A stretch of 64,000 nt of DNA from an uncultured Oscillospiraceae bacterium (GCA_947624395.1 CANQKA010000001.1:16446-80445); one strand, 5' to 3'; counted from the stretch's first letter, positions 1 to 9,077 are shown. Program-made: numbers and translations. Notes: generated by a model not told the origin, from the sequence alone.

Positions 1-1409
1 TGTTTGTCGCCGCTGGCGTGGGCGTTGCCCTGGTCCCCTTCCTCGCCCTCCAGGCTTGGGTCCAGACCCAGCACGGCCACCACCACGTCGCTTTCCCGGC
101 ACACGGCCTTCACCTCGGACAGCCGGTCGTTGGCCTGACCAAGATGCTCCGCCCTGTCCATAAAGAGGTGGCAGCCCTGGGAATAGACCACCCGCACGTC
201 TCCGCCCAGGTAGTCCTCCAGCCCTTCCAGCACCGTCTCGTACCGGGAGGCAGTGCCCTCATAGTTGCCCACCAGGGCCCGGCGGTTGTCGGCGTTTGGA
301 CCGATGACGCCCAGAGTCTTGATCTTCGTCTTGTCCAGGGGCAGCAGCCCGTCGTTTTTCAAAAGCGTCACACACCGCCGCGCCGCGTCTAAATTGAGCG
401 CTTTCATGGCGGGGCTGTCCACCACGCTGTAGTCGATCTTGTCGTATGACACCGTCCCCGGCTTTTCAAAAAGCCCCAGCTTCATCCGGGTGGTGAACAG
501 CCGCTCGCATGCCTGGGTGATCTTGTCCTCGCCGATAAGTCCCTCCCGGACCGCCTGGATGAGGTTCAGGAAAACCTCGCCGCAGTTCACATCGCAGCCG
601 TTTTCCACCGCCAGGGCCGCTGACTGGCGGGCGTTGGCCGTGACGTGATGGCCCGTGTAAAAATCCTTGATGGCCCAGCAGTCGGACACCACATGCCCGT
701 CAAAGCCCCACTGGCCCCGCAGGATGTCCTTCAAAAGCGTCTCACTGCCGCAGCAGGGCTCCCCGTTGACCCGGTTATACGCGCCCATGACGGCCTCCAC
801 GCCCGCCTCCTGCACCAGGACCTTAAAGGCGGGCAGGTACGTCTCGAATAAATCTTGCCTGGACACCTGCGCGTCGAACTCGTGGCGCAGTTCCTCCGGC
901 CCGGAGTGGACGGCAAAGTGCTTGGCGCACGCCGCCACTTTCAGGTAGTCCGGGTCATCCCCCTGCATACCCCGCACGAACGCGCCGCCCAGACAGCCGG
1001 TCAAAAACGGGTCCTCTCCGTACGTCTCATGCCCCCGGCCCCAGCGGGGGTCCCGGAAGATGTTGATATTGGGCGACCACATGGTCAGGCCCTTGTATAT
1101 ATCCCTATCGCCATAGGCTTGCTGGGCGTTGAATTTGCCTCTTGCCTCGGTGGAGATGGCGTCGCCCACCGTGCGCACAAGCTCTTCATCGAAACTGGCC
1201 GCCATGGCGATGGCCTGGGGAAACACCGTGGCCGTACCGGCCCGTGCCACCCCGTGCAGCGCCTCGTTCCACCAGTTGTAGGCCGGCACGCCCAGCCGCT
1301 CTATGGCCGGGGCGTTGAAGAGCATCTGGGAGACCTTTTCCTCCAACGTCATTTGGGCTACCAGCTCTTGGGCCCGCTTTTTGTACGCATCGACTTTCTT
1401 TTTGTTCAT
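1..1409 (-). CDS. Glycoside hydrolase family 3 (beta-glucosidase/beta-xylosidase-like), N-terminal part; the gene runs off the window start
   Basis: This ORF is not in the track because it is open at the window edge. My own translation of the minus strand from ATG 1409 gives MNKKKVDAYKKRAQELVAQMTLEEKVSQM...PAYNWWNEALHGVA...WSPNINIFRDPRWGRGHETYGEDP, which is typical of a GH3 N-terminal domain. An AGGAG RBS lies upstream. Confidence 0.8.
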   Translation of the reverse strand, partial: MNKKKVDAYKKRAQELVAQMTLEEKVSQMLFNAPAIERLGVPAYNWWNEALHGVARAGTATVFPQAIAMAASFDEELVRTVGDAISTEARGKFNAQQAYGDRDIYKGLTMWSPNINIFRDPRWGRGHETYGEDPFLTGCLGGAFVRGMQGDDPDYLKVAACAKHFAVHSGPEELRHEFDAQVSRQDLFETYLPAFKVLVQEAGVEAVMGAYNRVNGEPCCGSETLLKDILRGQWGFDGHVVSDCWAIKDFYTGHHVTANARQSAALAVENGCDVNCGEVFLNLIQAVREGLIGEDKITQACERLFTTRMKLGLFEKPGTVSYDKIDYSVVDSPAMKALNLDAARRCVTLLKNDGLLPLDKTKIKTLGVIGPNADNRRALVGNYEGTASRYETVLEGLEDYLGGDVRVVYSQGCHLFMDRAEHLGQANDRLSEVKAVCRESDVVVAVLGLDPSLEGEEGDQGNAHASGDK

Positions 1410-1419
1410 AGCCCGCTCC

Positions 1420-2427
1420 TTATCTCGCCTCGCGGCGCCACAGGTCCTCCGCCGTTTTTTCGATCACGTCAAGCAGTTCAAGGTCGTCCAGGTATTTGTG
1501 TGGGATGGCGTCGCAGCCCAGCGCTGCCCCCAGAATATTGCCGGTAATGGAGCCAGTGGAGTCGCTGTCCCCGTCGTGGTTCACGGCGGCCACGAGGGCC
1601 TTTTCAAAATCGTCGGGGTATTTCATCGCGCAGTACACGCCGATGGCCAGGGCCTCGTCCCCTACCCAGCCCTCGCCCAGCTGCCTGATGGCGGTCAGGT
1701 CATCCATGTCCCCGCCGGACAGTTTTACCGCCTTTTCCACGAGGGCCAGCAGCGCGCCCATGTGCCTGGCCTTTGGGAACACCGCCGGCATCGCCTCGAT
1801 GGCGTCGGCCACCGCCGCAGCCACCGTATCGCCGGACCCGGCCACACGGGCGACGATATGGGCCAGCATCGCCGCGGGCAGATATCCCAGCTCGTGGCCG
1901 TGGGTCAGCACCGCGGCCTGGGCGGCCAGCCGGTCGATCTGGGCCTGATCCACGCCGCTGTCCAGGAAATACAGCCCCACCGGCGCGGCCCGCATGACGC
2001 CGCCGCAGCCCCGGCTGTGGTTCAGGGGCTTTTCCATGGTGCCGTTCCCGCCGGCCGCCAGGGCGGACATGCAGGTGTTCCCCGGCGCACGGCGGCTGAA
2101 AAGCCCCGGCACGTGTACGAGACGACAGTGCTTCTCCCCCGCCGGCAGCGGATATGTCTCCGTCTGGGTCCGGTACCAGTCCCGGTAGCACGCCCGGATG
2201 GCCTGCACGTCCCCGCCGCCTGTCACAAGGCCCTCGGCGGTGAACAGGGTCATCTGGGTGTCGTCGGATATCTCCGCCACGCCGTGACGGAGCGCGTAGG
2301 ACCCGATGCCCTGTGGTCCGTATTGCTGAAAAATTGCCGCGGCGGACATGAATTCCACCGGATAGCCCAGGGCGTCGCCCGCCGCGCCGCCCATAAGGCA
2401 GCCTTTGAATCTGTCAAGCGCCCGCAT
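1420..2427 (-). CDS. ADP-ribosylglycohydrolase family protein (DraG/ARH-like)
   Basis: A 335-aa ORF. The N-terminus LMGGAAGDALGYPVEF and the C-terminal NHDGDSDSTGSITGNILGA are hallmark ARH metal-binding motifs. Confidence 0.85.
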   Translation of the reverse strand: MRALDRFKGCLMGGAAGDALGYPVEFMSAAAIFQQYGPQGIGSYALRHGVAEISDDTQMTLFTAEGLVTGGGDVQAIRACYRDWYRTQTETYPLPAGEKHCRLVHVPGLFSRRAPGNTCMSALAAGGNGTMEKPLNHSRGCGGVMRAAPVGLYFLDSGVDQAQIDRLAAQAAVLTHGHELGYLPAAMLAHIVARVAGSGDTVAAAVADAIEAMPAVFPKARHMGALLALVEKAVKLSGGDMDDLTAIRQLGEGWVGDEALAIGVYCAMKYPDDFEKALVAAVNHDGDSDSTGSITGNILGAALGCDAIPHKYLDDLELLDVIEKTAEDLWRREAR

Positions 2428-2442
2428 AGCGCTCCCCCTCCT

Positions 2443-2970
2443 TTACTCAAAATGCGCCAGCTCCCGTATCTGTCGCCAGCACCAGTCCTCCACGTCAAGC
2501 ACGTCCTCCGTCACGGTGACGAAGGGCGTCTTGTCCGTATGATACACGCAGGTAAAACGCCCGTGCCGGCAGAGGAAGTACCAGCGGAAATACCGCTTCT
2601 CGTGCAGACGATCCGCGCTGTCGAAGCAGGGAAACCTCTCACGCAGCACCAGCACGTCCCGGCCGTAAATATCCCTGGCCCAGGGGCTGTTTTTCTCCTG
2701 TCTGAACGCCAGCATGCGCCGGCCCAGATAGGGCAGCCCTGCGGCGAAAAAGAGGAAATCGGGGAAAATCAGCTTTATCCCCCAGGGCTTTCGCACCCGC
2801 TTGGGCTTTCCGGCGGCGTCTGTGTCCCGGCTGCACCACTGAAGGCGCACGCTGGAGCTCTCCGAACAGCCTCCCCCGCCGGAGTGCTTGATCCGCCGGC
2901 CTTCCCCCACCGGGCGGGGGAGCATCGCCCCCGCCCAGCTCTTGCGCGGCCCTCTCGGCTCGTTCGTCAC
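2443..2970 (-). CDS. Hypothetical protein (175 aa), no recognised domain
   Basis: GTG start at 2970, preceded by AAGGAGGGG with about 6 nt spacing and by a near-consensus promoter. The C-terminal half has normal, non-shadow composition (FRWYFLCRHGRFTCVYHTDKTPFVTVTEDVLDVEDWCW). Confidence 0.55.
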   Translation of the reverse strand: MTNEPRGPRKSWAGAMLPRPVGEGRRIKHSGGGGCSESSSVRLQWCSRDTDAAGKPKRVRKPWGIKLIFPDFLFFAAGLPYLGRRMLAFRQEKNSPWARDIYGRDVLVLRERFPCFDSADRLHEKRYFRWYFLCRHGRFTCVYHTDKTPFVTVTEDVLDVEDWCWRQIRELAHFE

Positions 2971-2993
2971 GGCGCACCCCTCCTTTTGCTTCG

Positions 2994-3021
2994 ATTATAC
3001 GGCCTCCGCCGGGAAAGTCAA
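2994..3021 (-). promoter_or_regulatory. Putative sigma-A promoter, TTGACT-16 nt-TATAAT
   Basis: The minus strand reads cTTGACTttcccggcggaggccgTATAATcgaagcaaaaggagggg. It lies in the 66-nt gap between the vWA stop and the GTG at 2970. Confidence 0.55.
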
Positions 3022-3036
3022 GGCGCGGCCGGGGTA

Positions 3037-3681
3037 TTATTTCCGGGACTGGAAGTCCCGCTCGATCTTCTCTTTCCAGCTCTCCGTCAGGGGCTTGGCG
3101 CTGCGCACGGCGGACACGGCGCAGGCCACAGTCTCATAGTTGGTGGCGATGCCCACGCTGTCGTTGTGGAAGCTCACGGCTCTGTCCGCGCCGATGCCGA
3201 TGTGTCCTGCCGCGGCCACCGCGTCGATGTTGGCTCCCAGGAACAGGAACTCCCAGCCGTACTTTTCCTTCTCGTGCTCGATCATGGCCTTGACCTGCTC
3301 GGCGGAATAATGGCGGCTGGCATTTTCCATGCCGTCGGTGGTGATGACGAACAGGGTGTGCTCGGGCACGTCCTCAGGCCGGGCGTAGCGGTGGATGGAC
3401 TTGATATGGTCGATGGCCCCGCCCACGGCGTCCAGCAGCGCCGTGCAGCCCCGGACGTAATAGACCTTGTCCGTCATGGCCGGCACGTCCCGGATGGGCA
3501 TCCGGTCGTGCACCAGCTCCGCCGCGTTGTCGAACAGATAGGTGCTCACGAACGCCTCGCCCGGCTCGCGCTTCTGCTTTTCCAGCATGGAGTTGAAGCC
3601 GCCGATGGTGTCCTTTTCCAGGCCGCTCATGGACCCGCTGCGATCGAGGATGAATACCAGTTCCGTGATGTTGTTTTTCAT
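3037..3681 (-). CDS. Small cytoplasmic von Willebrand factor A (vWA) domain protein
   Basis: A 214-aa ORF with MIDAS motif DRSGSMSG, then TTDGMEN. AGGAGG RBS 8 nt upstream of the ATG. Confidence 0.85.
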   Translation of the reverse strand: MKNNITELVFILDRSGSMSGLEKDTIGGFNSMLEKQKREPGEAFVSTYLFDNAAELVHDRMPIRDVPAMTDKVYYVRGCTALLDAVGGAIDHIKSIHRYARPEDVPEHTLFVITTDGMENASRHYSAEQVKAMIEHEKEKYGWEFLFLGANIDAVAAAGHIGIGADRAVSFHNDSVGIATNYETVACAVSAVRSAKPLTESWKEKIERDFQSRK

Positions 3682-3689
3682 GATGAAAA

Positions 3690-3726
3690 CCTCCTGTACT
3701 GTGTTTGATGGTCACAGTATAGGAGG
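3690..3726 (-). promoter_or_regulatory. Hairpin pairing an anti-SD (CCUCCU) with the vWA Shine-Dalgarno sequence
   Basis: The minus-strand RNA reads CCUCCUAUACUGUG-accaucaaa-CACAGUACAGGAGG. The arms are 14 nt with one A·C mismatch. The 3' arm contains the AGGAGG that serves ATG 3681. Confidence 0.5.
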
Positions 3727-3761
3727 TTTTTGCCTTGATGTGGTCGCTTGCGAAGCGACAT

Positions 3762-4814
3762 TTAAGCCCCCAGCAGACTCTGGTCGAACGCGAACAGGGC
3801 CTCGTTGATCTCGAAGATGTTATAGTTGCCCCGGCGGATGAAGTATTCCACGATCACATCAAATTTGCTGGCGGGGGACAGCGCATACCCCGCCTTGGCC
3901 AGCAGGTCCTCCGTCTCGTCCAGGGGCAGCTCCAGCGCGATGGCGAAGGCCAGGGCCGTGGCCTTGCTGGGTTTATAGTGTACGTCGGAGCGTATCTTGG
4001 AAAAGAGCTTGCGGTCGATGTTGGCCTTTTTGTAGCACTGGGCGTCGGTCATGCCCTTTTCGTCTATCTTGCGCAGGAGCATTTGGGTGAAGCTCTCGTC
4101 GATCTGGCCCAGCAGCTTTTTCAGCGTTTCATAGGGGCCGCGGGCAGTCCTGGGCGCGGCCTTTGGCGCGGCGGCAAATGTCGGAGCGGCGGCCATAGGC
4201 GGCGGGGCAAATTCCCCCCGCTGCGACTCGAACTGGGCACGGCGCATACGGGCGGCGCATGCGTCGTAGTGGGTGTCCACATAGTGGTCGTCGATGTACT
4301 CGTGCACGTCCGGGAACAGCTTCTTGCTCAGCAGGAAGGGCGTGGGGCTGAACACCACCAGGGACACCGTCATCTCGTCGGCGTCCGTGTTTTCCAGCAA
4401 AAAGCCGCTGATGGTATCCACCGCCACCCGCAGGGCCTGGTCCTTGGGATAGCCGTACACCCCGGCGGAGATCAGCGGGAAGGCCACGGTCTTGAAGCCG
4501 TGCTCACGGGCCAGGGCCAGGGACGAGCGGTAACAGCTGCGCAGCACCTGTTCCTCCCCGTGCTGGCCGTCCTCGTAGACCGGCCCCACCGTGTGGATGA
4601 CGTATTTGCAGGGCAGACGGTACCCCTTGGTGAGCTTGGCCTTGCCCCGCTCGCACCCGCCCAGGGTCCGGCACTCTTCCAGCAGCCCCGGTCCGGCGGC
4701 CTTGTGGATGGCCCCGTCAACGCCGCCGCCGCCCAGCAGCGCGGGCTGCGCGGCGTTCACGATGGCGTCCACTTCCATTTTGGTGATGTCGTTTCGCACC
4801 AGTACCAGTGGCAT
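3762..4814 (-). CDS. Macro-domain protein (ADP-ribose/O-acetyl-ADP-ribose hydrolase type) with a C-terminal HTH-like domain
   Basis: A 350-aa ORF. The N-terminus [33 protein letters not shown]...VIHTVGP...[12 protein letters not shown] is a canonical macro domain. The C-terminal roughly 110 aa ([22 protein letters not shown]...) looks like an XRE-type HTH. GGAGGGG RBS. Confidence 0.85.
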   Translation of the reverse strand: MPLVLVRNDITKMEVDAIVNAAQPALLGGGGVDGAIHKAAGPGLLEECRTLGGCERGKAKLTKGYRLPCKYVIHTVGPVYEDGQHGEEQVLRSCYRSSLALAREHGFKTVAFPLISAGVYGYPKDQALRVAVDTISGFLLENTDADEMTVSLVVFSPTPFLLSKKLFPDVHEYIDDHYVDTHYDACAARMRRAQFESQRGEFAPPPMAAAPTFAAAPKAAPRTARGPYETLKKLLGQIDESFTQMLLRKIDEKGMTDAQCYKKANIDRKLFSKIRSDVHYKPSKATALAFAIALELPLDETEDLLAKAGYALSPASKFDVIVEYFIRRGNYNIFEINEALFAFDQSLLGA

Positions 4815-4845
4815 GACGTTCCCCTCCCCGCGTTATTTCGCTTAT

Positions 4846-4874
4846 ACGATACCGCGCTCCCGCCCGGATGTCAA
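4846..4874 (-). promoter_or_regulatory. Putative promoter for the macro-domain gene (TTGACA-17 nt-TATCGT)
   Basis: Hexamers read on the minus strand in the divergent intergenic region. Confidence 0.4.
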
Positions 4875-4920
4875 GCAGGGACCCACACCCGGCCCAGACC
4901 AAAAATGGCATAAAGATTTT

Positions 4921-4949
4921 TTGCATTTTTCGCGTATACCCGTTATAAT
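4921..4949 (+). promoter_or_regulatory. Putative sigma-A promoter, TTGCAT-17 nt-TATAAT
   Basis: Reads TTGCATttttcgcgtatacccgtTATAAT. It lies 33 nt upstream of the hydrogenase ATG, which has a GGGAGGA RBS. Confidence 0.6.
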
Positions 4950-4981
4950 GTTTAACGACATCTTCATGGGAGGAACAAGCT

Positions 4982-6430
4982 ATGGTGACGAACGACGCGG
5001 CCATCCTGGACGTTAAGCATCAGGTGGTGCAGGAAGTGGCAAGGCTGGCCTGGGAGGGCAAGCTGGACGAGGAACGGGACCAGATACCCTACCGCATCAT
5101 CCCCGGCCCGCAGGCGCAGTTTCGCTGCTGCGTCTACAAAGAGCGGGAGATCATTCGCCAGCGGGTGCGTCTGGCCGAGGGAAAGTGCCCCACCGGCGTA
5201 CACTCCGACAATATGGTCCAGGTCATCCAGGCGGCCTGCGAGGAATGTCCCATCGCGTCCTATATCGTCACGGACAACTGCCGCAAGTGCATGGGCCAGG
5301 CATGCCAGAACTCCTGCCAGTTCGGCGCCATCTCCATGGGTCCCACCCGGTCTTACATAGACCCGGCCAAGTGCCGGGAGTGCGGCAAATGCGCCGCCGC
5401 GTGCCCCTATAACGCCATCGCCCATTTGGAGCGGCCATGCAAAAAGACCTGCCCCGTGGACGCGATAACCTACGACGAATACGGTATCTGCAAGATCGAC
5501 GAATCCCGGTGCATCCGCTGCGGCGCGTGCATCCACAGCTGCCCCTTCGGCGCCATCGGCACCAAGACCGCCGTGGTGGACGTGATCCGGGAGATCAAAG
5601 CAGGCAAAAAGGTGGTCGCCATGCTGGCCCCCGCCACGGAGGGCCAGTTCGGGGAGCGCATCACCATGCAGAGCTGGCGCACGGCGCTGAAAAAGACCGG
5701 CTTTGCCGACATGATAGAAGTGGGTCTGGGGGGCGACATGACCGCCGCCTCCGAGGCCAAAGAGTGGGCCGAGGCGTACAAAGAGGGCAGGAAGATGACC
5801 ACCTCCTGCTGCCCGGCGTTTGTGAACATGATAAAAATGCACTTCCCCGACCTGGAGAAGAACATGTCCGCCACGGTCAGCCCCATGTGCGGCGTGAGCC
5901 GGTATTTGAAGCAGCTGGACCCCTATACGGTCACGGTCTTCGTGGGTCCCTGCATCGCCAAGAAGAGCGAGATCAACCTGCACGACATCGAGGGCAACGC
6001 GGACTATGTGCTCACCTACGGGGAGGTCCGCTCGCTGATGTACGGCAAGGGCGTGGAGCTGGAGCCGGAGGAGAACACCGTCCAGCAGAGCTCCACCTAC
6101 GGCAAGCGCTTCGGCAACGGCGGCGGCGTGGCCGCGGCGGTGGTCCGGTGCTTTGAGGAGATGGGCGAGGATATCCAGCCGGAGGTCATGAAGTGCTCCG
6201 GCGCGGCCGAGTGCAAAAAGGCCCTGCTGCTCATGAAAGCGGGAAAGCTGCCGGCGGATTTCGTGGAGGGCATGGTCTGCGAGGGCGGCTGCGTAGGCGG
6301 CCCCAGCAAGAACATGACTGTGGCCGAGGCCAAAAAGACACGGGACGCCATGATCGCCCAGGCCGACAGCCGTGGCGTGCTGGAAAACCTGAAAAAGCTT
6401 GGCGCCGACGCCGTGCCCATGCACCGATGA
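4982..6430 (+). CDS. [FeFe]-hydrogenase (short form with two ferredoxin-type 4Fe-4S motifs plus an H-cluster domain)
   Basis: A 482-aa ORF. Cys motifs are CRKCMGQACQNSC, CRECGKCAAACP and CIRCGACIHSCP. H-cluster signatures are TSCCPAF (L1), GPCIAKKSE (L2) and EGMVCEGGCVGGP (L3). Confidence 0.8.
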   Translation: MVTNDAAILDVKHQVVQEVARLAWEGKLDEERDQIPYRIIPGPQAQFRCCVYKEREIIRQRVRLAEGKCPTGVHSDNMVQVIQAACEECPIASYIVTDNCRKCMGQACQNSCQFGAISMGPTRSYIDPAKCRECGKCAAACPYNAIAHLERPCKKTCPVDAITYDEYGICKIDESRCIRCGACIHSCPFGAIGTKTAVVDVIREIKAGKKVVAMLAPATEGQFGERITMQSWRTALKKTGFADMIEVGLGGDMTAASEAKEWAEAYKEGRKMTTSCCPAFVNMIKMHFPDLEKNMSATVSPMCGVSRYLKQLDPYTVTVFVGPCIAKKSEINLHDIEGNADYVLTYGEVRSLMYGKGVELEPEENTVQQSSTYGKRFGNGGGVAAAVVRCFEEMGEDIQPEVMKCSGAAECKKALLLMKAGKLPADFVEGMVCEGGCVGGPSKNMTVAEAKKTRDAMIAQADSRGVLENLKKLGADAVPMHR

Positions 6431-6436
6431 CATGAG

Positions 6437-6871
6437 ATGAACAAAATCGCCAAAGGGCTCCTGCGCCTGCTGACAGAGATCATCGCCGTGACCGTTCTGG
6501 TCGTCGTGATCAGCATTTTCACCGACGGCATGTACCTTTTTGGCCTGCCAAATTTGGACGATATTCGCTCGGTCGATATTTCCTGTTCCACCGTTACGGC
6601 TGACGTGAAGGAAGTTTCCAGCCGGGAGGACATGGAGCTGGCGTTGAAGCTGACGGGCTTTTTGAAATACGATCTGTTCAAGAAAGCGGACAGCGACGAA
6701 GAACCGTTGATCGCGGTCACCTATCATTGTAAGGACGGCACAGATAAGACGATCTCCGCCAACGACACCACCGTCTGGTGGAACAGCAAGGCATATGTGA
6801 TAAAAGACAAGGAGTTGTTCGTCAATCTGACCGAAGGCGTTTTCTTTCCAGGCGCTCAACCAGCCGCGTAA
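6437..6871 (+). CDS. Hypothetical membrane-anchored protein
   Basis: A 144-aa ORF with an N-terminal TM helix (IIAVTVLVVVISIF). Its composition is visibly more AT-rich than its neighbours. It starts 7 nt after the hydrogenase stop. Confidence 0.6.
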   Translation: MNKIAKGLLRLLTEIIAVTVLVVVISIFTDGMYLFGLPNLDDIRSVDISCSTVTADVKEVSSREDMELALKLTGFLKYDLFKKADSDEEPLIAVTYHCKDGTDKTISANDTTVWWNSKAYVIKDKELFVNLTEGVFFPGAQPAA

Positions 6872-6883
6872 ACATACCATATC

Positions 6884-7186
6884 GAAAGCCTCCCCTGTGC
6901 AAGGGGAGGTGGGCCGCCGAATGGCGGCTCGGAGGGGTTGTTACCAGTCTCGGAGCATGGTAACAATCCCCCAGACTCGTCGCCGCTCGCTGGGCTAGGC
7001 CGGGATTCGCCGCAAGCGGCAAATCCCAGATAGCCCGCGGCGTCTCCTCTCCCCACGCGACAAGCGTGCCGCGTGGGGACCCCAAAGGCCGGCCGTGCCA
7101 CCTCCCTCGTCAGAGGGAGGCTAATTCTCCACCGGGGTATACCCCCTCTGACGAGGGGGCTGTCGAGCGTCAGCGAGACTGGGGGA
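6884..7186. repeat. Array of at least 7 short GC-rich hairpins (repeat family A, copy A1)
   Basis: Stems include tcccct/agggga, gccgcc-gaat-ggcggc, ggggttgttacc/ggtaacaatcccc, gggattcgccgc/gcggcaaatccc, ccccacgcg/cgcgtgggg, cctccct/agggagg and ccccctc/gaggggg. The first roughly 55 nt are nearly identical to 19294-19350. Confidence 0.7.
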
Positions 7187-7187
7187 G

Positions 7188-7223
7188 AGAAATAAAAGAA
7201 CGGGCCTGCTTCACAGCAGGCCC
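7188..7223 (-). terminator. Intrinsic terminator of typA
   Basis: The minus strand reads GGGCCTGCTgtgaAGCAGGCCC followed by gTTCTTTTATTTC. It lies immediately after the typA stop. Confidence 0.7.
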
Positions 7224-7228
7224 TTGAT

Positions 7229-9040
7229 TCATTTCCGATACTGGCTCTTCATGCGCTTTTCGTGGTTCAATATGCGCTTGCGCAGGCGCAGGTGCTCCGG
7301 CGTGACCTCCAAAAGCTCGTCGTCGGCCAGAAATTCCATGCACTGTTCCAAGCTCATCTGTTTCGGCGGCACCAGGCGGAGCGCCTCGTCGGAGCCGGAG
7401 GCCCGGGTATTGGTCAGGTGCTTGGACCGGCACACGTTGACCACGATGTCCTCCTTCTTGGGGCTCTCGCCCACGATCATACCGGCGTACACCGCCGTGC
7501 CGGGGCTGATGAACAGCGCGCCTCTGTCCTGGGCGTTCCACAGGCCGTATGCCACCGCCTCGCCCGTCTCGAAGGCGATGAGCGAGCCGGTATTGCGGCG
7601 CTTTACCTCGCCTTTCACGGGGGCATAGCTGTCGAACACAGAGGCCATGATGCCCTCGCCCCGTGTATCCGTCAAAAACTCGCTCCGGTAGCCGAACAGA
7701 CCCCGGGTGGGCACCAGAAATTCCAGCTTCATCCTATCGCCGATGGGGGTCATCTCGATGAACTCGCCCTTGCGCTGGCCCAGCTTTTCCATGACCGCGC
7801 CCATGCACTCACCGGGCACGTCCAGAACGACGCGCTCCATGGGCTCGCACTGCTTGCCGTCGATGGTCTTATAGAGCACGCGGGCCGGGGACACCTGAAA
7901 CTCGTACCCCTCCCGGCGCATGGTCTCGATCAGGATAGACAGGTGCATCTCGCCACGACCGGCCACGTTGAACGCATCGGTGCTGTCCGTCTCCGTGACA
8001 CGCAATGACACGTCCTTCAACGTCTCCTGCTCCAGCCGCTGGCGGATGTTCCGGCTGGTGACCCACTTGCCCTCGCGACCGGCGTAAGGGCTGTCGTTCA
8101 CGGAAAACGTCATCTCTATCGTAGGCGCGGATATCTTCACAAATGGCAGGGGCTCCGGCGCCTCCGGGGCGCATATGGTGTCCCCGATGGTCACGTCGCC
8201 GATGCCGCTCATGGCGATGATGCTGCCGGCCTCGGCCACGGTCACCGGCTGACGGCCCAGGGGCTCGAACTCGTACATGCTCACGGCCTTGGCCTTGCGC
8301 ACAGGCCGCTCGTCGTGGTAGTCGCAGACCACGATCTCCTGGTTCTGCTGCACCCGGCCCCGCTCCACGCGCCCGATGGCGATGCGGCCCACGTACTCGT
8401 TATAATCCAGGGAGCTGACCAGCATCTGGAAGGGCTCGTCCACGGGCCGCTCCGGCGCGGGGATATAGTTCACGATGGCCTCGAACAGGGGCGTCAGGTC
8501 CGCGCCCGGTTCGTCGGGGCTGACGGAGCAGATGCCCTGCCTTGCGGAGGCAAAGAGCATGGGGCTGTCCAGCTGCTCGTCGGTGCAGCCCAGGTCCATC
8601 AGAAGCTCCAGTATCTCGTCCACGACCTCGTAAATGCGCTGGTCGGGCCTGTCGATCTTGTTGACCACCACGATGACCTTGTGCCCCAACTGCAGCGCCT
8701 TTTCCAGCACGAACCGGGTCTGGGGCATGGGCCCCTCGGCGGCGTCCACCAGCAGCAGCACGCCGTTGACCATCTTCAAAATGCGCTCCACCTCGCCGCC
8801 GAAGTCGGCGTGGCCCGGGGTGTCCACGATGTTGATTTTTGTGTCTTTATAGTGGATGGCGGTGTTCTTGGCTAAAATAGTGATGCCCCGCTCCCGTTCC
8901 AGGTCGCCGGAGTCCATGATCCGCTCCTGGACCTGCTGGTTGACCCGGAAGGCGCCGGACTGGCGGAGCATGGCGTCCACCAGGGTGGTCTTGCCGTGGT
9001 CCACGTGGGCGATGATGGCGATATTGCGCAGATCCTGCAT
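7229..9040 (-). CDS. typA: Translational GTPase TypA/BipA
   Basis: A 603-aa [28 protein letters not shown]...[14 protein letters not shown]...NKIDR are the G1-G4 motifs, and the length is typical of TypA. Confidence 0.95.
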   Translation of the reverse strand: MQDLRNIAIIAHVDHGKTTLVDAMLRQSGAFRVNQQVQERIMDSGDLERERGITILAKNTAIHYKDTKINIVDTPGHADFGGEVERILKMVNGVLLLVDAAEGPMPQTRFVLEKALQLGHKVIVVVNKIDRPDQRIYEVVDEILELLMDLGCTDEQLDSPMLFASARQGICSVSPDEPGADLTPLFEAIVNYIPAPERPVDEPFQMLVSSLDYNEYVGRIAIGRVERGRVQQNQEIVVCDYHDERPVRKAKAVSMYEFEPLGRQPVTVAEAGSIIAMSGIGDVTIGDTICAPEAPEPLPFVKISAPTIEMTFSVNDSPYAGREGKWVTSRNIRQRLEQETLKDVSLRVTETDSTDAFNVAGRGEMHLSILIETMRREGYEFQVSPARVLYKTIDGKQCEPMERVVLDVPGECMGAVMEKLGQRKGEFIEMTPIGDRMKLEFLVPTRGLFGYRSEFLTDTRGEGIMASVFDSYAPVKGEVKRRNTGSLIAFETGEAVAYGLWNAQDRGALFISPGTAVYAGMIVGESPKKEDIVVNVCRSKHLTNTRASGSDEALRLVPPKQMSLEQCMEFLADDELLEVTPEHLRLRKRILNHEKRMKSQYRK

Positions 9041-9077
9041 GAAAATTCACTCTCTTCCTTCATTTACGCAATTTCGT

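Noticed and set aside
2443-2970. The idea that the orphan 175-aa protein is the missing ADP-ribosyltransferase of the macro/ARH neighbourhood.
   Set aside because: I cannot see an R-S-E or H-Y-E catalytic arrangement or any DarT-like motif by eye. It is kept only as a hypothesis to test, not as an annotation.
1303-3708. An 801-aa plus-strand ORF spanning four minus-strand genes. Similar giant ORFs are 16954-19380(-), 22022-24478(-), 4964-6880(-), 10993-12621(+), 27782-29440(+), 54770-57406(+), 57252-58769(-) and 14758-15795(+).
   Set aside because: Their translations are Arg/Gly/His/Pro/Ala-rich with no recognisable motifs. They lie exactly antisense to ORFs with clear family signatures. This is the typical stop-codon-poor shadow frame of high-GC DNA.
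6884-7186. The hairpin-rich region considered as a tRNA, tmRNA or other known RNA gene, or as small ORFs (for example 6778-6963, 6822-7085 and 6856-7101).
   Set aside because: There is no cloverleaf or T-loop (GTTCGAATC-like) signature. The small ORFs overlap each other in several frames and are by-products of GC-rich palindromes.
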